Part shown: positions 37,646 through 48,029 of the stretch, piece after piece | How the letters are laid out: each line of letters opens with the position of its first letter | Position numbering within the stretch: position 1 is the first letter of the stretch | NCBI GenBank assembly: GCA_963695875.1 | Contig: CAVOID010000012.1 | Span: 32,001 to 96,000 of the forward strand | Direction: 5' to 3' | Source: an uncultured delta proteobacterium | GTDB taxonomy: Bacteria; Desulfobacterota; Syntrophia; Syntrophales; UBA2185 | DNA length: 64,000 nt | Notes under the pieces: model-generated | What the model was told of the DNA's origin: nothing | Databases searched by the model: none | What the model saw: the letters and a program-made list of their open reading frames with translations, nothing else | Made by a program: the position numbers and the translations under genes

Positions 37646-39351
37646 GTGATAACAAAAAAGAAATTAGGAGAGATGCTCATCGATGAGCATCTGCTTGACG
37701 GAAAGACAGCTCGAAAAAGCCCTTGCCGATCAGGAGAAGGCCGGCCTGAAGCTTGGGCAGTATCTTGTTCGGCAGGGGATTATAAGCGAACAACAGATCG
37801 TTGATGTTTTAGGCAGGCAGTTGAGACTCAGGAAATACCATCCCGATAGATTTCCTTTTGACATTGAACTTTCAAAGTTAATCCCTATAGATTATGCACA
37901 GAAGTATCAGGTTGCACCTTTAATGAGAAAGGGCCGTCTTTTAACGATTGCAATGACGGATCCTCTGGACATCAATGCTTTGGATGTCATAGAAATGCTG
38001 ACGAATTGCGAAGTGGAAGCTATAGTTTGCACAGAACGTGAGTTGAACCAGTTGATCAGCAGTCTGTATGGTATTCAGTCGGGTTTCGGAAGTGTTCTGG
38101 AAAGTATGGATATTGAAGCACAGCCTGTTAAGGAAAAGGATGAGGAAGAAGCTGCAGATATTCAGTTAGCTTCACTTCAGAATATGGCTGGGGAGGCGCC
38201 CATTGTCAGACTTGCTAACTCTATCTTTGCTCAGGCCGTTCGCGAAGGCGCCAGTGATGTCCATATCAGTCCCCAGAAGAACAGCATCCAGGTTCGGTTC
38301 CGCATAGACGGCAAGCTCCATGAAGTGCCGTCTCCTCCTAAAGCTCTGTTTTTGCCAATTATCGCCAGGATAAAGATACTGGCCAATATGGATATTACGG
38401 TAACAAGAGTGCCGCAGGATGGGCGATTTACCCTCAGGATGGAAAAGAAAGAAATAAATGTCCGCATCTCTTCCATACCGACCATTCATGGAGAGAACAT
38501 AGTTATGCGTCTTCTGGACACTGAGCGCCGGTGTCTATTCCCTGGATCGTCTTGGAATGGTCAAGGCGGATATTGAAAAAATTAAGTCTATCATAAAGAA
38601 ACCTTATGGGATGATCTTATGTACCGGACCGACAGGATCGGGAAAAAGTACAAGCATCTATGCCATCTTAAATGAACTCAATCAGCCGGACATCAATATT
38701 ATGACCCTTGAAGATCCCGTTGAATACCGGATTGAAAATATCAGGCAGATTCAGCTGAACCGGAAAGCGGGAATGACTTTTGCCAGCGGTCTCAGATCCA
38801 TACTTCGTCAGGACCCTGATATCATTATGGTGGGAGAAATTCGTGATGCTGAGACAGCAGCTATTGCTGTACAGGCGGCACAGACGGGTCATCGGGTTTT
38901 AAGCACTGTGCATACTAATGACGCAGTAGGGGCAATAACAAGGTTCATTGATATGGGGATTGAACCTTTTCTTCTGTCTTCAACGCTTCTTGTGTCTATT
39001 GCCCAGCGATTAGTCCGCACCGTTTGTCCTTATTGCAGGGAGCCTTATAATCCACCGGAAAAAATACTTGCCTCATGGGGCCTTGAAAATTGGGATTTCG
39101 CAAATTTTCAGCGGGGCAGAGGGTGCAATCAATGTTTGAACACCGGTTACAAGGGGCGAACAGGTTTATTTGAGGTGCTTGTTAATGATGAGATGATTCA
39201 GGATTTGATTATGAAGAAAAAGTCAGCTCATGATATTACTCGCAAAGCAATAGATGCAGGCAACTTGAAAACATTGAAATATGATGCCGGCAATAAAGTG
39301 CTCAGGGGTATCACCACCCTTGAGGAAGCGAGTTCAGCAGTGATGATGTGA
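37646..39351 (+). CDS. pilB: Type IV pilus assembly ATPase PilB/GspE (2 frameshifts)
   Basis: GTG 37646 [45 protein letters not shown]. Confidence 0.9.
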
Positions 39352-39397
39352 GTCAGTAACAGGGAGGTCAGGGATAAGGGAATAGGGAAATCCGAAC

Positions 39398-40621
39398 ATG
39401 CCTAATTATACATATCAGGCTATAAATGAACGTGGGGCAATCATAACCGGCGATATTGAGGCCGAGTCACCCGATAGGGCCGCCAGCATGCTGGCTGAGA
39501 GGGGATATATCCCTTCTAAGGTAAAAGAGAAAAATTCCGGTTTTCGCTCTGAACGGTGGCTGAGGATTCGCCAAAAGATGAGCCCTGTGAAAATCTCGGA
39601 TCTGATCCTTTTTACTAAGCAGTTTCGTGCATTGTTTAAGGCAGGAGTGCCTATAGTAAGGGCTTTTCAGGTGTTGGAGGCACAAACGCAGGATCGCACT
39701 TTGAAAAAAGCCATCGCTTCAATGTCTCAGAGTATCAAGCAAGGGTCCACACTCACTGCGGCCATGGAAAAGCATGACACAATATTCTCGCCGCTATACT
39801 GCAGCATGATAAGCGCCGGTGAAATGAGCGGTTCGGTTCCGGAGTCTCTCGAACGATTGATCTATATCATTGAACATGAGGCAAGGATCAAATCTGATAT
39901 TAAATCGGCCTTACAGTATCCTATTATTGTAACTATTGCCCTTGCCATTGCCTTCTTCGTACTGTTGACCTTTGTTATTCCAAAATTTGTGACTGTGTTT
40001 TCTAAGGCCGGTATAGTCCTTCCCCTGCCGACCAAAATCGCGATAATGCTTTATGAGTTTTTATCAAACTATTGGTATCTGCTAATCGGTGGTGTCATTG
40101 CACTGATCATAGGGCTGAGAATCTATTTGAAGACAGAACAGGGGCAATATGTAAAAGATACAATTATCCTCCGTCTGCCCATTCTTGGTCCGCTTTTTGT
40201 GAAAGCTGCCATGTCACGCTTTGCCAGTATTTTTGGGATTTTGCAGTCGAGCGGCGTACCCATCATGACTGCTATGAAGATTTTGTCCGGCGTTATCGGC
40301 AATAAGGCAATCTCAGGTGAATTTGATCGCGTCAGGGATCAGATGAAGGAGGGCCGTGGTATAGCCGTACCTCTCAGTTCAGCAAAATACTTTCCTCCCA
40401 TGGTTGTGGATATGGTGGCCATAGGTGAAGAAACCGGCAACATTGAAGAAATGCTCAAACAGGTAACTATTCATTACGATGATGAAGTCGGTTATTCTGT
40501 TAAGCGACTATCCGACCTCATCGGTCCTGTTCTGGTAGTCGGTCTTGCCGCGGTTGTTGGGTTTTTTGCCCTGGCTATATTTCTCCCCATGTGGGACTTA
40601 ACAAAAATGACCCAACACTGA
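39398..40621 (+). CDS. pilC: Inner-membrane platform protein PilC/GspF
   Basis: FTKQFRALFKAGVP, AGEMSG, ALQYP, LPLPTK, IGEETG, AIFLPMW. Confidence 0.92.
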   Translation: MPNYTYQAINERGAIITGDIEAESPDRAASMLAERGYIPSKVKEKNSGFRSERWLRIRQKMSPVKISDLILFTKQFRALFKAGVPIVRAFQVLEAQTQDRTLKKAIASMSQSIKQGSTLTAAMEKHDTIFSPLYCSMISAGEMSGSVPESLERLIYIIEHEARIKSDIKSALQYPIIVTIALAIAFFVLLTFVIPKFVTVFSKAGIVLPLPTKIAIMLYEFLSNYWYLLIGGVIALIIGLRIYLKTEQGQYVKDTIILRLPILGPLFVKAAMSRFASIFGILQSSGVPIMTAMKILSGVIGNKAISGEFDRVRDQMKEGRGIAVPLSSAKYFPPMVVDMVAIGEETGNIEEMLKQVTIHYDDEVGYSVKRLSDLIGPVLVVGLAAVVGFFALAIFLPMWDLTKMTQH

Positions 40622-40624
40622 AAG

Positions 40625-41959
40625 ATGAAAAAAAAGTATATCCCAATCAGCTTATATGTCATTATTCCATTTACTTTAAGTGGGCTCTCTCTCCTGTGGG
40701 TAATACTGACAGGACGTTTGATCCATTCTTATGAAAAGTTTATGACCGGGCACATATGGTCGTTTATACTGTGGGGAGGGATCGTAGTCGTTTTATCCTA
40801 CTTGATAAGCCTTCTGATTATTTGGATTGTCTTAAAGCCGGTTACCAGATTTGTTGAGACGGCGGAAAATCTGCCAGTTTTCCCGAAACATACAGGGGAA
40901 GAAGTTAAGGCGAAGGATGACATTGAACGATTCACGAAAGTATTTGATCAAATAACTTCAATCTTAGGCAAAGTTGAGGCAAGGGAGCTTTTCCCCGGTA
41001 TTATAGGTCAAAGCAGGATCATGCGGGGATTGTTTACTCAGATAATAAAAGTATCACCGACAGATTCGACAGTACTCATCTTAGGTGAAAGTGGAACGGG
41101 AAAGGAACTTATTGCGGCGAGTATTTGCGAACATAGCCTTCGCAAGGGTAAACCCTTTGTGAAAATTAATTGTGTGGCCATTCCGGAAAATCTTCTGGAA
41201 AGCGAATTATTCGGTTACGAAAAAGGGGCATTCACGGGGGCGACGTCTCAAAAAATTGGTAAATTTGAACTGGCTACCGGTGGGACTATATTTCTAGATG
41301 AGATTGGAGATATGCCCCTTACGACACAAGCAAAGTTGTTGCGCGTACTCCAGGAAAAGGAATTTGAGAGGGTTGGGGGTAACCGGACGATCAAGGTGGA
41401 TGTCCGCTTCATCATTGCAACCAATAAGAACCTTCCGGAAATGGTCAGACAGGGGCAATTCCGGGAAGATCTCTATTACCGAATTAATGTCTTTTCCATT
41501 GTCCTGCCGCCGTTGAGAGATCGAAAAGAAGATATCCCCTACCTTGTTGATTATTTTTTGGGAAAAAACACAAAAGATGTGCAGATTTCACCTCAGGCCC
41601 TTCAGGTTATGACGGGGTATTCATGGCCGGGCAACATAAGAGAACTGCAGAATACTATAGAAAGGGCGGCTGTTTTAACTGAAAATGGGACTGTCGAGTC
41701 TGTTCATCTTCCTGCACAGATTATAGGTGCCATGACCACAGACTCTTCTTTATACAGTCAGCCATCTTTGAATTCTCTGACAGTTGACGATCGTCTGGAT
41801 GAGATCGAAAAGGGTTTAATCATTGAGGCTCTGGCCCGTACAGGTGGTGTTCAAGTTAGGGCAGCGGAGCTGCTTGGTATTAACCAGCGGAGTCTCTGGC
41901 ACAGAATCAAGAAACATAGCATCGATACTGAGTCACTGAAAAATCTACAAAAAATGTAG
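40625..41959 (+). CDS. Membrane-anchored sigma54-dependent enhancer-binding protein (2 TM, HAMP-like, AAA+, Fis HTH)
   Basis: Two hydrophobic segments, HAMP-like KPV...DDIERF..VFDQI, GESGTGKE, GAFTGA, FLDEIGD, WPGNIREL, AAELLGI; no receiver domain. Confidence 0.9.
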   Translation: MKKKYIPISLYVIIPFTLSGLSLLWVILTGRLIHSYEKFMTGHIWSFILWGGIVVVLSYLISLLIIWIVLKPVTRFVETAENLPVFPKHTGEEVKAKDDIERFTKVFDQITSILGKVEARELFPGIIGQSRIMRGLFTQIIKVSPTDSTVLILGESGTGKELIAASICEHSLRKGKPFVKINCVAIPENLLESELFGYEKGAFTGATSQKIGKFELATGGTIFLDEIGDMPLTTQAKLLRVLQEKEFERVGGNRTIKVDVRFIIATNKNLPEMVRQGQFREDLYYRINVFSIVLPPLRDRKEDIPYLVDYFLGKNTKDVQISPQALQVMTGYSWPGNIRELQNTIERAAVLTENGTVESVHLPAQIIGAMTTDSSLYSQPSLNSLTVDDRLDEIEKGLIIEALARTGGVQVRAAELLGINQRSLWHRIKKHSIDTESLKNLQKM

Positions 41960-41962
41960 ATT
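41942..41962. promoter_or_regulatory. Candidate upstream activator sequence (perfect palindrome)
   Basis: AATCTACA-AAAAA-TGTAGATT, ~160 bp upstream of the sigma54 promoter. Confidence 0.5.
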
Positions 41963-42122
41963 ATACTTCAATCGGTGCAGTTTTAGCGTTTAGATAGACA
42001 GATCTCCAAATAGAAAAAGTAGCTTTAGCCAGAACTATTTTTATAGTATGTCTCTGTAATAACAGGTGTTAATCGATTTTTGTTTATATTTATGGCAAAT
42101 TATATATACGTAGCAGAGAGAA

Positions 42123-42138
42123 TGGCATGAGAGATGCT
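42123..42138 (+). promoter_or_regulatory. Sigma54 (-24/-12) promoter of the major pilin
   Basis: TGGCATGAGAGATGCT = GG-N10-GC, 85 nt upstream of the pilin ATG. Confidence 0.8.
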
Positions 42139-42222
42139 TATTACAAAATGCAAAAGACAATAAGTTAATGGATAATACATTTAGGGTATATTAAAGAAGT
42201 AAAACATCAGGAGGTTTTCTAA

Positions 42223-42651
42223 ATGAAAATTAAAACGAACATCAGAAACCAGAAGGGCTTCACCCTCATCGAAATCATCGCCGTATTAGTTATTCTCGGT
42301 ATACTTGCAGCAGTGGCCATACCAAAGTATCTTGATATGCGCTCAGAGGCGGTGGCAAAAGCAGCGAGTGCGGCTGTTATGGAGTTAAATGCCCGTGAGC
42401 GTTTGAAACTGGCGGAATGGAAATTAAACGATCAGAATCTTCTCTATCCAGGACCCACGGATACCGCCGTGGTAGTGTCTGCTACTAAAACGATTCTGCC
42501 CGTCGACACGATATTGGGTCCTGACTGGAATAACAATCTGGCTATCACTTCAGGAACTGGCTTCCTTCATCAGGGAAAGACAATCACGTTTACAAGAACT
42601 TCTCAACCAAATGAAAACGAACCAGCGTCTTGGGCTGTAACAGTGAGTTAG
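42223..42651 (+). CDS. pilA: Major type IV pilin
   Basis: Class III signal QKG|FTLIEIIAVLVILGILAAVAIPKY; strong RBS AGGAGG; own promoter and terminator. Confidence 0.88.
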   Translation: MKIKTNIRNQKGFTLIEIIAVLVILGILAAVAIPKYLDMRSEAVAKAASAAVMELNARERLKLAEWKLNDQNLLYPGPTDTAVVVSATKTILPVDTILGPDWNNNLAITSGTGFLHQGKTITFTRTSQPNENEPASWAVTVS

Positions 42652-42767
42652 CTAAGCAGTGAGCTGTAATTAAGGATGTCATAACGCCAATTTTTGCTGT
42701 AATTTATTAACATAGAATGATGCGTGTTTTCATAAGCACATTATATGTATCATCATGAGAGACGTAA

Positions 42768-42797
42768 GGGGAATCGATGTGATTCCCTAATTTTTTT
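42768..42797 (+). terminator. Intrinsic terminator after the pilin gene
   Basis: GGGAATC-gatgt-GATTCCC followed by TAATTTTTTT. Confidence 0.65.
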
Positions 42798-42910
42798 CAA
42801 TAAGATTTGAATATTATTTGCCAAGTCCTTACATTCTAAGTATTCCCTCGGGATAAATGTTGGCCAAAAATTTGTTGATGTTTATGATTTTTAAGAATAT
42901 CTAATTATTT

Positions 42911-43406
42911 ATGAAAAGAACGACTGAAACGGAAAGTTGGAATCAAGGATTCACCATGATCGAGATTGTGGTTGTTCTGGTCGTGCTTTTCATTGTGTCT
43001 GCTGTTTTCATAAGCCGATACACGACGGCGGACTCGAATGAATTGATGGCCGAGACGGATGCTTTAAAAGCAAATCTCCGTTTTGCACAGATCAAAGCCA
43101 TGAGCGATACATTGCAACCGAATAGCAACCCCCGCTGGGAATTCGACCTAGGTAGTGCTACATCGTATACACTTTACAGGCGTGGAGATGGCGGTGTCAG
43201 AGTCTCCGTTCATATTCCAGGTGAAGTTCCTCCCTCTTCTACGCATGGTCTATCAACAGGAGTAACGATAACTTCTGGCGTCGGTCTGGTAATAACATTT
43301 GATGATTGGGGCAGTCCGGGTGCATCGAATGTATCCGTTACACTTACTCAGGGTACTCAGTCCAGCAGTTGTTAGCGTCACCAGGAACACAGGTTTTATT
43401 CCATGA
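42911..43406 (+). CDS. Minor pilin (FimT/GspH-like), C-terminal frameshift
   Basis: QG|FTMIE; LRFAQIKAM; ITFDDWGSP; ends VTRNTGFIP in shifted frame, ATGA-coupled to the next gene. Confidence 0.85.
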
Positions 43407-43996
43407 TAAGCACAAAGAATCTTAATGATTCAGGGTTCACACTGATCGAAATAATAGTTACCGTTGTCATTGTGGCAATCTTGGGCGCCATGATACTGAC
43501 ATTTTTATCTGACTCTCTCATAAAGAGCAGTGATCCGATCATTGCGTTTCGAAGAGCGTCGGATCTAAATAGAGTCATGGCAAATATTACTGCTGATTAC
43601 AATCGGTACCCAAAGTGGAGGAGTGGAACAACATATGCCGTGGGTAATTTTGTCGTACCTACCATAAGAAATGGTAAATACTATATTTGCACACAAGGTG
43701 GAACGAGTAATAATAATGAACCGAACTGGCCTACACCTCCTATAAATGATGGGTCGGTGAGATGGACAGAGAGTGGAACGCTGCCTGACCTGATAACTTT
43801 ACGAGGAAACATTGGTCCGGAGAACACTGATCAGAATAACGCTTACGGTAGCTACCATGTGGAAAAAAATAGATTTGTTTCATTCAACTCTTCCGATACC
43901 GAAGTTGATGATACTTCAGGTCTCAACAAAATCCTAAAAGTAACGATCAAAAGTGATCAGGGCGGAACACTGGGGGCTTTATTTATTTCGAATTAA
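43403..43996 (+). CDS. Minor pilin with inserted carbohydrate-binding-module-like segment
   Basis: SG|FTLIE; internal WRSGTTYAVGNFV...YYICTQGGTS...EPNWP...DGSVRW. Confidence 0.85.
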   Translation: MISTKNLNDSGFTLIEIIVTVVIVAILGAMILTFLSDSLIKSSDPIIAFRRASDLNRVMANITADYNRYPKWRSGTTYAVGNFVVPTIRNGKYYICTQGGTSNNNEPNWPTPPINDGSVRWTESGTLPDLITLRGNIGPENTDQNNAYGSYHVEKNRFVSFNSSDTEVDDTSGLNKILKVTIKSDQGGTLGALFISN

Positions 43997-44008
43997 AGGT
44001 ATAATTTA

Positions 44009-44510
44009 ATGATGCAAAAACTCTCCAGACAAAAAGGCTTCACCCTTTTGGAGATTATCATTTCTATAGTTGTTGTGACGATTATAGCTGTTATCGCCGG
44101 CAACGGTCTTATTGTAATAGTAAAGGGATATACATTTTCAAGAAAAAATGCGCTGACAGTGCAACAGGGGCAAATAGCCATGGTGAGGCTGAAGAAAGAG
44201 CTCAGCAATATCAAGACGGTTACTTCAGGTGCGACAGCAACATCTATTACATTCACGCGAAGCTCAGATGGATCCACGCATACAATATCCTGGGCTGGTG
44301 GCAACTGTCCTCTTTTGGTAGATGGTGATACGTTGGTTAGTCCCGTTAACTCATTTAATTTAGCTTATTATGATTCTTATAATTCATCAGCTTCATCTTA
44401 CTCAACTTCTACATCGATAATTGAAATAACGCTTCAATTGATGGGTGCTGAGAATTCTCTCGATGAATTTTACCGATCGAGTTAATCTTTACCTGGAAAC
44501 GGGAGGATAA
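44009..44510 (+). CDS. Minor pilin (PilW/GspJ-like), C-terminal frameshift
   Basis: QKG|FTLLE; AMVRLKKEL; F.LAYYD; continues to TAA 44510. Confidence 0.82.
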
Positions 44511-44513
44511 TCC

Positions 44514-45950
44514 ATGTCCTTTGTAAATCAGAAAGGGAAATGTAATTGCATATGTCGTTATCGCCATGACCACGATTGCTGCATTGGCTGTCGGGGCACT
44601 CTATATGAGTTCATCCTCTGCTTTAGGTGAGGTTGGCGCAAATAACCTAAATAGAGCCTATTTCCTTGCTCTGGCGGGGAAAGATTATGCCCTGATTAAA
44701 AATTGGGAGATACAACCGCAAGTTATCCGAGCGGTAGGGTTTTTACTTTAGCCAACGGTGATAAATTTCGTCTCGTTATCACGGGAAACACTATCGTATC
44801 AACAGGCATCGTTAATGACGGGACCCCTTTTGAGGCAAGAAGGACAATCAGTATCACAAAAACCGGTTTAGGCCCGCAAGCAGATATCAGCTTCACGAAG
44901 GATATACAGGCTTTTACGCCTGTTCAGTCAAAAGCAGGCTTCATCACAACCGACACCAGCGCTGCCAGAGTGACTCTGGGGCAAATGGGTATGACAAGTA
45001 CCTTTGGCGCAATGTGGTATGGAGGAAGTGCTACTCAGGGAAATTGTCAGAATGGTAAATGCGATTTCGGAACAGGTTTCCGGGCCTTTTTTGTATTTCA
45101 ATTTGCTTCAGGTTCGACCGGTGATGGTTTTACCTTTGCATTCTTTAATGGTGATGGTGTTGATGTTAATGGCATTAAAAATGATCGCAACTCTGTGGGG
45201 GGCGATAGTGGAAGGGGTGAACTGTTGGGTTATGCCGGCGATTCACGTGTCGATTCCGCCGGGACCAGTTTTCTTGACGGCAAAGGGGGTAGGGGCATTC
45301 AACCGCCAAAAGTGGCCGTTGAATTTGATGTTTTTCCCAACTTCGGTTCAGCGGATGTATGTGCTTCCGGCAGCAGGCGTGATGGACTTGATTCAAGAAA
45401 CCATGTAGCCTATGTTTTCTGGGGTGATAATACGAATAGCAGTTGCACTTCCACCGTTGGGAGGAACACCTATGATGATAACAGACATAACGCCGGAGGT
45501 GTCAGTCCCATAGCGACCGACCCGAGAAACTCGAGAAGGCCCACTGATGGTGCCGATACAAGCTACTTCGACGCATCCTCATTATGGCCGGCACAAACAA
45601 ATTGGATGTTAAGCAACGCGCCGACGAATATCTATGCCTTCCGAATTGAAGTAACGCGCAGTATAACGCCAAATACTAATGGTAACTTTGAGTACACTGT
45701 AAAATCATGGGTAAAGCAGTGTTTGGTGATCAATGACATTACATGTCCTACATATGCTGATAATTCGAATTTTGCTGATACAACGACTGATTATACTGAC
45801 ACGATTCCGACTTTGATCAGGAATCAGATTGAACTAAGCCCCATTCTCCATCAGAATTTTAATTCATTTTACTTCGGCTGGACAGCGGCTACCGGGGGCG
45901 CGACGCAGAACGTAACGATAAACAGATTCAGAATGAATTTTTTGAAATGA
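44514..45950 (+). CDS. PilX/GspK-like pilin fused to legume (L-type) lectin-like domain, 2 frameshifts
   Basis: ATG 44514 MSFVNQKG|NVIAYVVIA (no Glu5), RAYFLALAG; lectin motifs GDGFTFAF, VAVEFD, NHVAY, FGWTAATGG. Confidence 0.75.
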
Positions 45951-45954
45951 CGAT

Positions 45955-46950
45955 CTAAAGCACGTCAATGACGTTGTAGATAGCCCTTTCTCCCTCCATT
46001 CCCTTGAGGCTTATATTGTCTATCTTTTCAACCTTGAAAGAATCCTTTACGACTTCATATGTTTTACTACAGATGAGGATCTGATCTTCTTTGGCAATGC
46101 GTTCCAGTCTTGCAGCTAAATTGACAGGTCTGCCCAGGGCTGTATATTCCTTCCTGATTGCGGACCCAAAAATACCGACCATTGATTCACCCGTACTGAT
46201 CCCAAAACCGACGGGTATTTTGATATTTTTTTTGATCATACCCTCGTTAATTTCTGCTACTTTATTTCGCATCTCAATTGCGCATGCAACTGCTCTCTTT
46301 GCGTCATCATCCTGGGTGATCGGTGCGCCGAATATCCCCATTATGCTGTCACCGATGTGTTTATCGAGGGTACCGTTATGTTTAAAAATAATGTTATCAA
46401 GAGGGTAAAAATAATTCAGGTTCAGAAGGTCGGATAGATCAAGAGGTGACAGCGCTTCGGATATTTTTGAGAAACCGCGGATATCAGTGAAAAGTACGGT
46501 TACTTTCTGGTTTCTGGGTGCCAGGTTCTCACTGAATTTCTGCAGTTCGTTGAGAACCTGGGACGGAACGAATTGTTTTAATCTTTTTTTGATATGAAAT
46601 TCCTTGATCTTCTGTCTGATTTCTTTATTGTCAAAGGGTTTTGTTAAAAAACCATCAATCCCTGAATTAACACTTTCAATGGCACGATCCAGGGTCGCAT
46701 ACCCGGTGAGAATAATCCGGATAATTTCAGGATTAAGTTTACCAATTTCCGTGAGTGTTTCCAAACCGTCCAGACCCGGCATCTTGAAATCGGATATTAC
46801 CGTTTCAATTTCATTGATATGTTCTCGAACGATATCGATGGCCTCCATACCATTCTCGGCCGTGGTAATATCGTAACCATCCCTATGAAGGACTTTTTTT
46901 AGAGATATCCGGACACCCTCTTCATCATCTACGATTAAGATCTTAATCAT
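45955..46950 (-). CDS. Response regulator with class III adenylate cyclase output
   Basis: REC (VISDFKMPG) plus VLFTDIRGF, DKHIGD, YTALGRPVNLAARLE. Confidence 0.92.
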   Translation of the reverse strand: MIKILIVDDEEGVRISLKKVLHRDGYDITTAENGMEAIDIVREHINEIETVISDFKMPGLDGLETLTEIGKLNPEIIRIILTGYATLDRAIESVNSGIDGFLTKPFDNKEIRQKIKEFHIKKRLKQFVPSQVLNELQKFSENLAPRNQKVTVLFTDIRGFSKISEALSPLDLSDLLNLNYFYPLDNIIFKHNGTLDKHIGDSIMGIFGAPITQDDDAKRAVACAIEMRNKVAEINEGMIKKNIKIPVGFGISTGESMVGIFGSAIRKEYTALGRPVNLAARLERIAKEDQILICSKTYEVVKDSFKVEKIDNISLKGMEGERAIYNVIDVL

Positions 46951-47873
46951 GATACCCTCGCTTTAAGTGGTAGGTCTATTGTAAAAGTAGTGCCTTGGCC
47001 CTGTTTACTGCTCACCGAGATAAGGCCTTCATGTTTTTTTATAATTTCATGAGACATATATAGCCCCAAGCCCGTTCCGGTGCCAACGTCTTTGGTAGTA
47101 AAAAATGGCTTAAAGATATCTTTAATGACTTCTGTTGGGATTCCCACCCCGGTGTCACGGCACTCTATTGTAACAATGTCTGTATCTCCTTTATATCTTG
47201 TTTTCAGGAATATGGTTCCCTTGCCGTCGGGCAGCGCTTGAAGGCTGTTCTTGATTATATTGATGAATACCTGACCGAGATTTGCGAAGTTACCATTTAC
47301 TCTCGGCAGATTTTCTTCGTAATCTTTTTCGATGACCACCTCAGTATGCCTGTATTGATTATGTAATACTCTCAAGGCATCTTCTATTACCGCGTTAATA
47401 TCGACATCCTCAACATAGGTCTGCGTCTGGCGTGACAAGCCCAAAACGCTTTTGACGATGGTTTCTGCTCGTTTGAGTTCCTTTAATGAAAATTCGAGAT
47501 CCTTTAATACTTCGTCATCAATGTCCCTCTTTTCCTGCTGTTCATTGATTAATTCGATATCTGTTTGAATCAGGCTTGACGCACTTGATAGGGGATTATT
47601 AAGCTCATGAGCAATTCCGGCAACAAGCTGCCCGATAGCAGCGAGACTTTCCGTCTGAATCAATATCTGCTGAGTCCTTTCTTTTTCCTCGAGGGCTGCT
47701 TTCCGTGAGTTGATTAATGTCTGGGTAAAAATTCCATATATAACCACAAAGACCACAATCAATGAACGTGAGAGTACTTGTTCCGATGACAGGGAATCAA
47801 GCACCCAATAGATTATTACCATGACGATTGCGATTAATATCAAACCATTCTTTTCTATTTTTTGACGAATCAT
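46947..47873 (-). CDS. Sensor histidine kinase with two TMs and a very short loop
   Basis: GIAHELNNP, QVFINIIKNS, DTGVGI, FKPFFTTK, GTGLGL; ATGA-coupled to the cyclase gene. Confidence 0.92.
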   Translation of the reverse strand: MIRQKIEKNGLILIAIVMVIIYWVLDSLSSEQVLSRSLIVVFVVIYGIFTQTLINSRKAALEEKERTQQILIQTESLAAIGQLVAGIAHELNNPLSSASSLIQTDIELINEQQEKRDIDDEVLKDLEFSLKELKRAETIVKSVLGLSRQTQTYVEDVDINAVIEDALRVLHNQYRHTEVVIEKDYEENLPRVNGNFANLGQVFINIIKNSLQALPDGKGTIFLKTRYKGDTDIVTIECRDTGVGIPTEVIKDIFKPFFTTKDVGTGTGLGLYMSHEIIKKHEGLISVSSKQGQGTTFTIDLPLKARVS

Positions 47874-48029
47874 GCTTTTATCACTTATTTTGCATCTACA
47901 TGTGCGTTAGCTGCCGACGTATCATAAAATAATGGTTGAGAAACCTTGATATTTTTATTTAAAAAGCTGTTAAATGTCAACTGATTCCTGACAAAAATGA
48001 ATATTCGCTATTTTTATTATATAGGTGCC

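Noticed and set aside
42223..42651. Electrically conductive (e-pilin) candidate
   Set aside because: The mature 130-aa pilin has only 8 F/W/Y residues (~6%) and no aromatic residue at positions 27, 32 or 50-51, below the ~9% aromatic heuristic used for e-pili.
30709..45950. Pil locus as an intact genomic island integrated at tRNA-Cys
   Set aside because: No integrase and no duplicate of the tRNA 3' end were seen in the window, and composition is not obviously different.
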